A stretch of 64,000 nucleotides of DNA from Candidatus Poriferihabitaceae bacterium (lineage in GTDB: Bacteria > Pseudomonadota > Gammaproteobacteria > Arenicellales > Poriferihabitantaceae). Below are positions 36,909-46,029 of the stretch, piece by piece. The DNA lies in NCBI GenBank assembly GCA_965214205.1, contig OZ243941.1, positions 440,745 to 504,744 of the forward strand. Reading direction: 5' to 3'. Both the position numbers and the translations under genes were made by a program. The notes beneath the pieces are model-generated. The model saw only the letters and a program-made list of their open reading frames with translations. It was not told where the DNA came from and did no database searches. Every line of letters starts with the position of its first letter. Position 1 is the stretch's first letter.

Positions 36909-38891
36909 TCAGATAAAGTCGCGTGGAATCGTTTTCTCCCAGCTTCGCCGGTTGAATGCAGTATCACCTGTATAAGCGGTTACCGTGGCCCGCAGATAAT
37001 GGTTGTCTGCATCGCACCGGTAACTGCTTTCGCAAACTGTCCGGATCCGCCAGTCATCCCTTTGCATGGAACAGATGAAGACGCTGGTTGCCTCGGCAGT
37101 CAGCGGGTCGTCCGGACAAATGCTCCAGGTATCCTCGTGAGTATGTCGTGTCCGCATACCGTGGTCAGCCACCTGATAATCGCCGGTATCATCGTAAACC
37201 CGGTACCGGGTCCGGTTCCGCTGTAAATCCTTTTCCACCGTGCGCGCATAGTCGGGCGGGCCGTGGCACGGGTACTCCGGCGCTGGACCGGCATCCGGCT
37301 CGACTGACTCGATACGGTCGTTTCCCGAACGAACCGGCAGTTCCAGAAAAGAAGCCTGACCCGGTTTGATACTCGCGGTAACCACCTCCGGCGGCGGCAT
37401 TACCATCGGCCAGTACGCGGTCGAGATCGATATTCGCAGTTTGTGGTTCGCAAGGAACCGATAGCCGCATTCGTTCAGGAGCAATTCCACGTCTTCATGT
37501 TCTCCGGGACGCATGGCAACCGGATTTTCATTGCCCGAACGATGCGCGAGATTCAGTACGCCCCAGCTTACCCGGTGGCTGATTCCGTCCGGATGCACGT
37601 CATTCAGCCGGACCGCGATATTGCCAACCGGTTTATCAATCGACAGCCTCAAACAGACCTTCGGACGCCCCAGAATGTCGATGGGTTGATCCAACGCTTC
37701 GGTCTCAAAAATCAGGGAACCCGCATCGTCGATACGCTGGTCTCCCGACAGTTCCGAATCGGGTTTGAGCGGGAACGCCTCTCCGCAGGCGACCCCGCAA
37801 TCCTGGGGAGAGCATATCGACATTGCCCCGGCGTCTTGCGGCTGGCTTTGCAGGACGTGATCGGCTGTCAGGTAAAGTGTCGATGTTGAAATGTTTGCGG
37901 ACGGCCAGTTGTCCTCGGCTACCCAGCGGCCCGGCTCGAAATCGCGGTATCCCCCAGGACGCGCGCCTTCCGATATATAGGCGGTATAGGCCGGAAGCTG
38001 CGTAGCTTCACTGTCCCGCCCCCGTAACCACTGGTCCCACCAGCGAATGGCCTGTGCATGAAAATCCATCCTCGGCCTGGGCCATGCGATATGCGGATAT
38101 TTATGAATCCATGGACCATTGACCGCCCGTGACAACCGGTTGTTTGCCGCCATCGCGGGAGGAGCGTTGATATACATATCGGCCCACCCGCTGATAACCA
38201 GAGAGGGAATCCGGATATCCGCGTAATTCTCCCCGACCGAACCGTGTTTCCAGTATTCATCCCGGCGCTGGTGAGCCAGCCAGATTTCCAACGGAAATGG
38301 TTGGGTATCCAGTCGATGCTTCCACATTTCCTTCCATCTGTCGCCCACCAGCAAAGGGTCCGGAGGCCGGGAGGCATAACACAGCATCGTACTGGACCAC
38401 ATGAAATTGGAATAAAGATGACATCCGTTTTTGTAATGAATATCATCGTTATAACGATCTACGGTCGTACCCACCGCGATCACCGCCTTCAGGGGCGCCG
38501 GTTGCAGCGCGGCAACCTGGAGGCTGTTGAACCCGCCCCAGGAAATACCCATCATGCCGAGATTGCCATCGCACCAGGGCTGATCGGCGACCCAGTCAAT
38601 CACCTCAAGCGCGTCGGCCAGTTCGCGGGGCGAATATTCATCATCAAAATCGCCGTCGGATTCACCCGTCCCGGAAATGTCGACCCTCACCCCGGCGTAC
38701 CCGGCCTCCGCGAATACCGGATAATTACCCTCATCCCGGTATGCGGTCCCATCCCGCTTGCGGTAAGGCAGATATTCGAGAATTGCCGGAACCGGGGAGT
38801 CTGAAGCGCCATCGGGCAGCCAGATGCGGGCAGACAGGTTACGCCCATCGGCAAGCGGGATAAAAACATTTTCAAGTTCAGTAACAGGCAT
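36909..38891 (-). CDS. CocE/NonD-family (S15 X-Pro dipeptidyl-peptidase-like) hydrolase
   Basis: 'ILEYLPYRKRDGT', nucleophile elbow 'GISWGG', 'GWADMY'. Large C-terminal beta-domain. Start set at ATG 38891; TTG 38987 is an alternative. Confidence 0.82.
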   Translation of the reverse strand: MPVTELENVFIPLADGRNLSARIWLPDGASDSPVPAILEYLPYRKRDGTAYRDEGNYPVFAEAGYAGVRVDISGTGESDGDFDDEYSPRELADALEVIDWVADQPWCDGNLGMMGISWGGFNSLQVAALQPAPLKAVIAVGTTVDRYNDDIHYKNGCHLYSNFMWSSTMLCYASRPPDPLLVGDRWKEMWKHRLDTQPFPLEIWLAHQRRDEYWKHGSVGENYADIRIPSLVISGWADMYINAPPAMAANNRLSRAVNGPWIHKYPHIAWPRPRMDFHAQAIRWWDQWLRGRDSEATQLPAYTAYISEGARPGGYRDFEPGRWVAEDNWPSANISTSTLYLTADHVLQSQPQDAGAMSICSPQDCGVACGEAFPLKPDSELSGDQRIDDAGSLIFETEALDQPIDILGRPKVCLRLSIDKPVGNIAVRLNDVHPDGISHRVSWGVLNLAHRSGNENPVAMRPGEHEDVELLLNECGYRFLANHKLRISISTAYWPMVMPPPEVVTASIKPGQASFLELPVRSGNDRIESVEPDAGPAPEYPCHGPPDYARTVEKDLQRNRTRYRVYDDTGDYQVADHGMRTRHTHEDTWSICPDDPLTAEATSVFICSMQRDDWRIRTVCESSYRCDADNHYLRATVTAYTGDTAFNRRSWEKTIPRDFI

Positions 38892-38983
38892 GGTCTTCGA
38901 TTCGGGCTGTCGGATGAGTGTGGGAGAAAGTATACCGGAATCGCAGGGATAATCCCTGCGGTTGTCCGATTGCCGAAACCAGG

Positions 38984-39814
38984 TCAATCGGAGGCGGCCG
39001 CCGGTGGACTGACCAGAACCTGTCCTTGCAGACTCCGGGATTTTTGCGCGTAGCTGTAAATGATCTCAAACGTCATCATCACCTTTTCCCCGTTGTCCGT
39101 CCGCTGTGTCAGATGACTTTCAAATTGCCGGAACCGTTGCTTGCCGGTGAGTGACTTTCTGCGCCCGGCGTGCAGATTGACAAACCCTTCGCTTCGTAAA
39201 TCCGAGACCACAGTCATGCAGTCCTCGTACTCGACCCGCATCCAGTCGGCGTCCACGATGGGTTTCTCGAAACCGGCCTGCAGCAGCGTGTCTCCCAGAT
39301 GGTGCATGTCGATAAACGGATGCACATGCGGGTGGGAATCCGCCTTTTTCCAGGCGTGAGCCATTTCCGCCAGCGTGTCGGGGCCGAATGCGGAAAAACA
39401 AAAGATTCCTCCCGGTTTCAAGACCTGTTTCACCTGTCCGATGAATGGTTCGAACTCGAACCAGGTTCCCTGCAAGTTGCTCACCACACAATCGAACAAT
39501 GCCTCGCTGCCGGGCAGCGTGATGACCGGGGAGGCGGACTGGCAACTGCCCGGACCGGAATCAAACAGACTCGAATACTCAACCTGTCCGGCTTCCGGGA
39601 ATTCAAAACAGCCCGGCTCGAAATCGAGAATCAGAACGGATTCCAACGATGGTCGCGCCAGCCTGGCGCGCTCCTCCAATTCCCTGCGGACGGGCTGCAT
39701 CAAATAGTCCATACCTGCCGGCCCCTTGGGAAATCTCCGCCTCGCGATGGTGAATTTTTCGAGATCAAGTTTCAACGGGATTCGGGTTCTTCCAGCAGGT
39801 AGTCTGTGTAACAA
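38984..39814 (-). CDS. BioC-like class I methyltransferase-fold protein with degenerate SAM-binding motif I
   Basis: Collinear with BioC: 'FDCVVSNLQGTW', 'LKPGGIFCFSAFGPDTLAEM', 'DMHHLGDTLLQAGF'. Motif I reads 'ILDFEPGCF' instead of 'xLDxGCGxG'. Confidence 0.7.
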   Translation of the reverse strand: MLHRLPAGRTRIPLKLDLEKFTIARRRFPKGPAGMDYLMQPVRRELEERARLARPSLESVLILDFEPGCFEFPEAGQVEYSSLFDSGPGSCQSASPVITLPGSEALFDCVVSNLQGTWFEFEPFIGQVKQVLKPGGIFCFSAFGPDTLAEMAHAWKKADSHPHVHPFIDMHHLGDTLLQAGFEKPIVDADWMRVEYEDCMTVVSDLRSEGFVNLHAGRRKSLTGKQRFRQFESHLTQRTDNGEKVMMTFEIIYSYAQKSRSLQGQVLVSPPAAASD

Positions 39815-39882
39815 TCCATTCCTAAACTAACACAAGAACGCCGCCCGATGCAGATCAAAAATCAAGGGATGATAGACAAACC

Positions 39883-41022
39883 ATGAAAACAGTCCTTTTA
39901 ACAAACATGGCGTCCCACCATCAAATGGATTTTGCGCGGGCCATGGTGGAATTGCTGGGAGTCGACAATTTCCGCATCGTGGTCCAAAAACCAGTTTACA
40001 GGGAACGTATTGAGATGGGATGGTCCGATGACGGTGGTTTCAACGAACCATTCATCATCCGGTTCTGGCAATCGGATCAAACGAAAATGGAGGCGCTCCG
40101 CTGGATTGATCAGGCCGATGCGGTGATACAGGGGCGCTTCCAGATCCGATATGTGCGTGAGCGCATCAAGCAGGGGAAATTGACCTTCGCCAAGCAGGAA
40201 CGGTTTTGGAAAAAACCCCCATCACTGCGGCGCAGGATAACACGGTTCCCGCGCCTGTACAAAAACTACTATTCAGTCGCCAACCAGGAAAACTATCACT
40301 TCCTGGCGATTGGCGCCTGGGCGGCGCAGGATTTGAATGAGTTGGGCATCTTCGAGAGACGAAGCTGGAAGTTCGGATACTTCATGGATGTGCCGAAATA
40401 CCGGGTGAAAAAACAGCGAGGCGACCCGGTTTCATTGCTCTGGTGCGCCAGTTTTATACCAGTCAAGCAACCGCATAAAGCGCTTGAAATAGCCCGTGGA
40501 CTGCGCGAACGGGGCATGGCGGTTCATTTGACGATGATCGGCGATGGCGGCCTGCGCCCGTCGATTGAACAACGCATCCGTGAATCAGGGGCCGGTGATT
40601 GCGTTACCCTGACGGGCTGGCAGAATCAGGAGGAAGTCCGGCGGCGCATGCTGGATTCAGACCTGTTTTTGATGACCTCGAACCGCGGCGAAGGCTGGGG
40701 TATGGTGGTAAATGAAGCTCTGGGCTGCGGCTGCTGTGTGATTGGCAACCGCGAATCGGGGGCCGCGCCCTGGCTGGTGGAGCATGGCAAAAGCGGGTTT
40801 TTATACCGTGACGAAGTCCTGAATGAATTGCTGGATGAAGTCGCCGCAACCCGCCGTGACCGGCTGCTGGATATGGGTTGGCTGGGTCACCAGCGAATGA
40901 TGAATGAATGGTCTGCCCGGGTGGCGGCCGGGCGGGTGATTGATTTGTCCGCGAAGTTGCTGGACGGAGACCTGGAGTCCGCGAAACGTCTGTTCACGAA
41001 CGGACCCTGTTCGATGGCGTAG
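39883..41022 (+). CDS. glycosyltransferase family 4 (GT-B, RfaG-like)
   Basis: C-terminal 'LFLMTSNRGEGWGMVVNEALGCGCCVIG...GKSGFLY' carries the E-x7-E motif. Confidence 0.8.
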   Translation: MKTVLLTNMASHHQMDFARAMVELLGVDNFRIVVQKPVYRERIEMGWSDDGGFNEPFIIRFWQSDQTKMEALRWIDQADAVIQGRFQIRYVRERIKQGKLTFAKQERFWKKPPSLRRRITRFPRLYKNYYSVANQENYHFLAIGAWAAQDLNELGIFERRSWKFGYFMDVPKYRVKKQRGDPVSLLWCASFIPVKQPHKALEIARGLRERGMAVHLTMIGDGGLRPSIEQRIRESGAGDCVTLTGWQNQEEVRRRMLDSDLFLMTSNRGEGWGMVVNEALGCGCCVIGNRESGAAPWLVEHGKSGFLYRDEVLNELLDEVAATRRDRLLDMGWLGHQRMMNEWSARVAAGRVIDLSAKLLDGDLESAKRLFTNGPCSMA

Positions 41023-41115
41023 AGACGGAACCCGATTGGTCATGGATATTCCCGATGTGGTATCATTTGCGCCGCCAACGGTTCCCGAAAATCCTGTAGA
41101 CGCCAGTCACTCAAA

Positions 41116-41811
41116 TTGTCCAGCCAAGACCAAAACCCGTTCATCGAACTCTGGCCCGCCACGATCTCAAGGAGCAGGCTGGAAAACCACCCGCAGATCA
41201 ACGCTGAACTGAAAAGACTTTTCTCCCGGTACAGACAGGAACATTCGACATCCCCGGATTCCAGCTTCATCAGCCCGGATAATTTCGCCAATGATCTGGA
41301 TAACCCGGCGCTGAATACTCTCAAATCGTTCATTACAGACGAGGTTTACCACATTTCCAGGAAACTCAACGAAAAATACTGGACACGGTTTGCACTCAAG
41401 ACATTGCGCGTTGATGTGACCGGCATGTGGTTCCAGATCAGCAATGGATTCACCTTCCACGAAACCCATGTCCATGGCAATTGTTCGTGGTCCGGCGTGT
41501 ATTATGTCCAGGCCGGTTCAGCCAGCAAATCGAACAGCGACCGCCTGCCCAATGGAATGCTGAACGGCGTAACCCGGTTTTACGGACAACATCTGGAGGA
41601 AAGCGCCGCGGGGCACGGCGATTGGGGCAACTATTATCTGCAGGACAACACCTGGACCAGCTACCCTGAGGACGGCAACCTGATCATATTTCCTTCGTAT
41701 CTCAAACACATGGCATTTCCCTACAACGGCGAAGAGGACCGGATTATCGTGTCGTTCCACGCCCAGGTGAATTCGGATTCCGAAGTAAAATACAAATACG
41801 GTTTTAATTGA
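41116..41811 (+). CDS. putative 2OG-Fe(II) oxygenase (TIGR02466 / PF13759-like)
   Basis: 'FHETHVHGNCSWSGVYYV' and 'LIIFPSYLKHMAFP' fit the His-x-His...His facial pattern of that family. TTG start. Confidence 0.65.
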   Translation: MSSQDQNPFIELWPATISRSRLENHPQINAELKRLFSRYRQEHSTSPDSSFISPDNFANDLDNPALNTLKSFITDEVYHISRKLNEKYWTRFALKTLRVDVTGMWFQISNGFTFHETHVHGNCSWSGVYYVQAGSASKSNSDRLPNGMLNGVTRFYGQHLEESAAGHGDWGNYYLQDNTWTSYPEDGNLIIFPSYLKHMAFPYNGEEDRIIVSFHAQVNSDSEVKYKYGFN

Positions 41812-41969
41812 AAAAATGACGGACAGAACCGGGATGCGGGCTTGGTCAGGACCAGCCAATATAGCCTGTGGCAATGCGCCTGTAATTGGTATAGGATGAA
41901 GAGGTGAACCGGAATAATGGATCATCTGGTTCGGTAATTGATAATCACTGACTTTTGGAGAAAAACACA

Positions 41970-43028
41970 ATGAATTTCAAGTTTAATCAGGCCGCATTGG
42001 CGGCGGGGATGGTACTGGGCCTGTCGGTCCCGATGGCGCTGACCGCGAGCGCGGATGAAGTAACCGTCGCATCATGGGGAGGCTCCTATCAGGACGCCCA
42101 GAGCAAGGCGCTGTTCATGCCCGTAGCCGAGGCCATGGGCATCACCATCAATGAGGAATCCTACAAGGGCATCGGCCAAGTGCGCACCAAGGTCGCGGCA
42201 GGCGCTGTCCCCTGGGACATCATTGATACGGGATCAGGCGGGGGTGCGCGGGGATGCGAGGAAGGCATTCTGATACCGCTGGACTACGACATGATCGACG
42301 TTTCCAATTTCGTGGCGGACACCACCCTGTCCTGTTGTGTGGGAACCATCGTGTTTGCTACCGTAGCGGCCTGGAATACTGAAACCTACGGCATGGACGG
42401 ACCCAAAAGCTGGGCGGATTTCTGGGATGTCGAGAAATTCCCGGGCACCCGCGCGGTGCGCGGCAAAATGCACGGCATGCTGGAGCCTGCGCTGATGGCG
42501 GATGGAGTGCCAATGGATGAGGTTTATTCCGTTCTGGACAGCGAGGAGGGAATCAAGCGCGCGCTGGACAAGATTCGTGAATTGAAACCCCATATCGCGG
42601 TATGGTGGGGATCGGGCGCCCAACACGCGCAGTTGATGAAAGACGGTGAAGTGGACATGACCACCGGCTGGAATGGTCGATTCGACGTGGCTATCGCCGA
42701 TGGCGCGAAAACAGCGTACTCCTATAATCAGGCCCTGCAGGATTACGATTGCTTCGGCATTCCCAAAGGAGCGCCCAACAAGGACCTGGCCATGAAAGTG
42801 ATCGCTAAAATGAGTGAAGCGGAATATCAGGCCAACATTCCGCAGTACATCACTTACGGACCGACCAACTCCAAGGCGTATGAAACCGGCAAGATTGACG
42901 ATGAACTGGCCCGTATGCTGCCTTCCCATCCGGACAACGCCTCCAATCTGCTCCCGATCAATCAGGAATGGTATGCGAAGTGGGAGAAAATCGGCTCCGA
43001 GATGTATGTCGATATGATGACTGAATAA
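41970..43028 (+). CDS. ABC transporter substrate-binding protein, polyamine (PotD/PotF) family
   Basis: Signal peptide 'MNFKFNQAALAAGMVLGLSVPMALTASA', then 'VTVASWGGSYQDAQ'. RBS 'ggag' lies 10 nt upstream. Followed by potA/B/C-like genes. Confidence 0.85.
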   Translation: MNFKFNQAALAAGMVLGLSVPMALTASADEVTVASWGGSYQDAQSKALFMPVAEAMGITINEESYKGIGQVRTKVAAGAVPWDIIDTGSGGGARGCEEGILIPLDYDMIDVSNFVADTTLSCCVGTIVFATVAAWNTETYGMDGPKSWADFWDVEKFPGTRAVRGKMHGMLEPALMADGVPMDEVYSVLDSEEGIKRALDKIRELKPHIAVWWGSGAQHAQLMKDGEVDMTTGWNGRFDVAIADGAKTAYSYNQALQDYDCFGIPKGAPNKDLAMKVIAKMSEAEYQANIPQYITYGPTNSKAYETGKIDDELARMLPSHPDNASNLLPINQEWYAKWEKIGSEMYVDMMTE

Positions 43029-43064
43029 GGAAGATCATCAAGAACCGGAAACCCCCGCAGACAG

Positions 43065-43094
43065 AAGGCGGCACGAGAAATGCCGCCTTTTGTT
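43065..43094 (+). terminator. intrinsic terminator/attenuator hairpin after the binding-protein gene
   Basis: 9-bp stem 'aaggcggca'/'tgccgcctt', a 7-nt loop, then 'ttgtt'. Confidence 0.55.
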
Positions 43095-43130
43095 CTGCCC
43101 CGATCTCCAACCTGATAGACGGAAAGCCTG

Positions 43131-44243
43131 ATGACTGACAGCGGGTCCGCCAGGGCGCTGCCTATCCATATACGTTCCGTAACCAAAACCTACGGCAGCG
43201 TTTTTGCCCTGGATAATGTCAATCTCGATGTCCGAAGCGGCGAATTTCTAACATTGCTGGGCCCTTCCGGGTCAGGCAAGACCACGTTGTTAATGGTCCT
43301 GGCCGGCTTCACCCGCCCGGATTACGGCAGCCTGAAGTTCGGCGATCAGGAAATCATCCGGATGCCGCCCCACCTTCGTGAGGTGGGCATGGTATTTCAG
43401 AACTATGCCTTGTTTCCCCACATGAATGTGGCGGACAACATCGGATTTCCATTGAAGTTACGCAACGCGCCAAAAGATCAGATCGCGCAACGGGTGGAGG
43501 GCGCGTTGGCCACCGTGCAACTGGATGGTTACGGAGACCGTCAGATCACCCAGCTATCCGGGGGGCAGAAACAACGTGTGGCGCTGGCTCGGGCAATCGT
43601 GTTCGAGCCGCAGATACTATTGATGGATGAACCGCTTTCCGCGCTCGACAAGAAATTGCGGGAGCACATGCAGATCGAATTGAGGCATCTGCATGAAAAG
43701 CTCGGTATGACGACCGTTTACGTGACCCATGACCAACGGGAAGCATTGACCATGTCGGACCGGGTGGCGGTGATCAATTACGGGAGACTGATTCAACTGG
43801 ATGAGCCCCGCAGGATTTATGATCAGCCGGCCAACTCATTCGTCGCCAATTTTATCGGCGAATCCACTCTGGTCCCGATTGAACGCAGGGATGGGAGAGC
43901 CTGTTACAACGGAACGCCACTGGAAATCACCGACCCTGAAAGGGCGAAAGGCGACCTGCTGATGCTCAGGCCCGAACGATTGCTCATATTGAACCCGGAG
44001 GCCGGTTCCGGCAGCGCGAACTACAATTGTTTCAACGGCCGGGTGGACGAAACAGTCTACCAGGGTGAAAGCTTCATAACCTGGGTAACGCTGAACGATG
44101 GCACGAAAATAACGGTACGCAGTATCAGTCAACATCAGACTCTGGCGACAGCGCCGGAGCGGGGTTGTGAAATTACGCTGGGGCTGCACCCGGATGAAAC
44201 CGTACTGATCGCCAGCGACGGGGACGACTCGCAAAACCCGTAA
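43131..44243 (+). CDS. ABC transporter ATP-binding protein (PotA-like)
   Basis: 'GPSGSGKTT', 'LSGGQKQRVALAR', 'LLMDEPLSALD', and a C-terminal TOBE-like domain. Confidence 0.9.
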   Translation: MTDSGSARALPIHIRSVTKTYGSVFALDNVNLDVRSGEFLTLLGPSGSGKTTLLMVLAGFTRPDYGSLKFGDQEIIRMPPHLREVGMVFQNYALFPHMNVADNIGFPLKLRNAPKDQIAQRVEGALATVQLDGYGDRQITQLSGGQKQRVALARAIVFEPQILLMDEPLSALDKKLREHMQIELRHLHEKLGMTTVYVTHDQREALTMSDRVAVINYGRLIQLDEPRRIYDQPANSFVANFIGESTLVPIERRDGRACYNGTPLEITDPERAKGDLLMLRPERLLILNPEAGSGSANYNCFNGRVDETVYQGESFITWVTLNDGTKITVRSISQHQTLATAPERGCEITLGLHPDETVLIASDGDDSQNP

Positions 44244-44274
44244 CCCAGGGTCAGGAACGAGGAAAACCGGTCAA

Positions 44275-45192
44275 ATGAACAGTCCGAACCCGATTACAGC
44301 CCCGACCACAACGGGCATCAACGCGGAAGGATTGCGGCGCGACAGAATTCGTGAAAAGATGGCGCTGTTCGGTCTGTCGATCCCGGCCCTGATACTGGTT
44401 GTGATTATTATCATTGTCCCGGTGGGCTGGCTATTCTGGCTTTCTCTGTTCAATGATGAAGGCGCCCTGTCCCTGAGCAACTATACCCGGATGCTCGACA
44501 GCAAATCGTATGCGCGAATTTTTCGCACCACATTCGAGGTCAGTTTTTTCACCACCCTGATCTGTGTGCTGATCGGTTATCCACTGGCTTATTTCCTGGT
44601 GCAGTTGCCCAGACGCTGGGCGGCGCTGGGCATGGTGACGGTGCTGCTGCCATTCTGGACTTCGTTGCTGGTGCGAACCTACGCATGGCTGGTTGTGCTG
44701 CAACGGAAGGGGCTGGTCAATCAGTGGGGGATGGATCTGGGCTGGTGGGATGAGCCGATCCGGCTGGTACATAACCTCAACGGCACGTTGATCGGCATGG
44801 CGCATATCATGCTGCCATTTCTGGTATTGCCGTTGTTCGGCTCGATGAAAGCAATCGACTATGACTATATGAAAGCCGCCTCCAATCTCGGCGCCAGTCC
44901 GGTCAAGGCGTTCTGGCATGTCTTTTTTCCGCTGTCCCTGCCCGGCCTGTTCGCGGGCATGATTGTCGTATTCGTCTTGTGTCTGGGGTTTTTCATTACT
45001 CCGGCGGTGCTCGGCGGCGGCAAGGTCATCATGGTCTCGATGAAGATCGAAACACTGATTGATCTGTTCTTCAACTTCGGCACCGCCAGCGCGCTCGGCG
45101 TCGTATTGCTCGCGCTCACCCTGGGCGTGCTGTTTCTGGCTCACCGGCTGCTGCACCTGGACCGGATTCTGGGCGGAGGACATAACACATGA
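44275..45192 (+). CDS. ABC transporter permease (PotB-like)
   Basis: Six-TM profile and an EAA-like loop 'MKAASNLGASPVKAFWHVFFPLSLPG'. Confidence 0.85.
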   Translation: MNSPNPITAPTTTGINAEGLRRDRIREKMALFGLSIPALILVVIIIIVPVGWLFWLSLFNDEGALSLSNYTRMLDSKSYARIFRTTFEVSFFTTLICVLIGYPLAYFLVQLPRRWAALGMVTVLLPFWTSLLVRTYAWLVVLQRKGLVNQWGMDLGWWDEPIRLVHNLNGTLIGMAHIMLPFLVLPLFGSMKAIDYDYMKAASNLGASPVKAFWHVFFPLSLPGLFAGMIVVFVLCLGFFITPAVLGGGKVIMVSMKIETLIDLFFNFGTASALGVVLLALTLGVLFLAHRLLHLDRILGGGHNT

Positions 45193-46016
45193 ACTGGCTA
45201 AGCCGTCCGGCCTCCGATACCCAGATTACCCACGGCCGGCGATTGTGGCTGTATATTGTCGCCGGAGTGATCATGGCCTTTCTGATCATCCCCACACTGA
45301 TCGTCATTCCAATGTCGTTCTCCGACTCGCAGTATCTGGAATTCCCGCCGCGCAACTGGTCGCTCAGGTGGTACGAAAATTATTTCGGTTCCAGCTCCTG
45401 GATGAGGGCGACGTGGGTCTCTTTCCAGGCGGCGTTCCTGACCGTAGCCGTAATCACCCCGATTGCCACCATGGCGGCTTACGGACTGTACGTTTCCAAC
45501 CTGAAAGCGGCAAAATTCATCTTTGTGCTGCTGATCACGCCGATGATGGTGCCGGTGATCCTGATTGCGATTGGCGTGTTCTTCGCCTATACCAAACTGA
45601 AACTCAATAATACCCTGTTCGGCCTGGTGCTGGCCCATTCGGTATTGGCCCTGCCGATGGCGCTGATCGTGGTCAGCGCCGGACTCAAGAGTTACGACAT
45701 GAACCAGGAGCGTGTCGCGCGCAGTCTGGGCGCGTCCAGATTCAGGGCGTTCATACTGGTGACCCTGCCGCAAATCCGGTTTTCCGTAGTCACCGCGGCA
45801 TTGCTGGCATTTATCGTGTCCTTCGATGAAGTCATCGTAGCGTTGTTCATCTCAGGCGGAAACATGTCCACCATGACCCGAAGCATGTTTCTCGCGTTAC
45901 GGGACCAGATTGATCCGACCATCGCTTCCATATCCACCATCATGATTCTGGTTACGACGGCCGCCATGGTCATCGCCCAGGTATTCGGCAAATCCGACCA
46001 GGAGAAGAAAACCTGA
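45189..46016 (+). CDS. ABC transporter permease (PotC-like)
   Basis: EAA-like loop 'ERVARSLGASRFRAFILVTLPQIR'. The ATG overlaps the upstream stop. Confidence 0.85.
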   Translation: MNWLSRPASDTQITHGRRLWLYIVAGVIMAFLIIPTLIVIPMSFSDSQYLEFPPRNWSLRWYENYFGSSSWMRATWVSFQAAFLTVAVITPIATMAAYGLYVSNLKAAKFIFVLLITPMMVPVILIAIGVFFAYTKLKLNNTLFGLVLAHSVLALPMALIVVSAGLKSYDMNQERVARSLGASRFRAFILVTLPQIRFSVVTAALLAFIVSFDEVIVALFISGGNMSTMTRSMFLALRDQIDPTIASISTIMILVTTAAMVIAQVFGKSDQEKKT

Positions 46017-46029
46017 TACCGCCCGCTAT

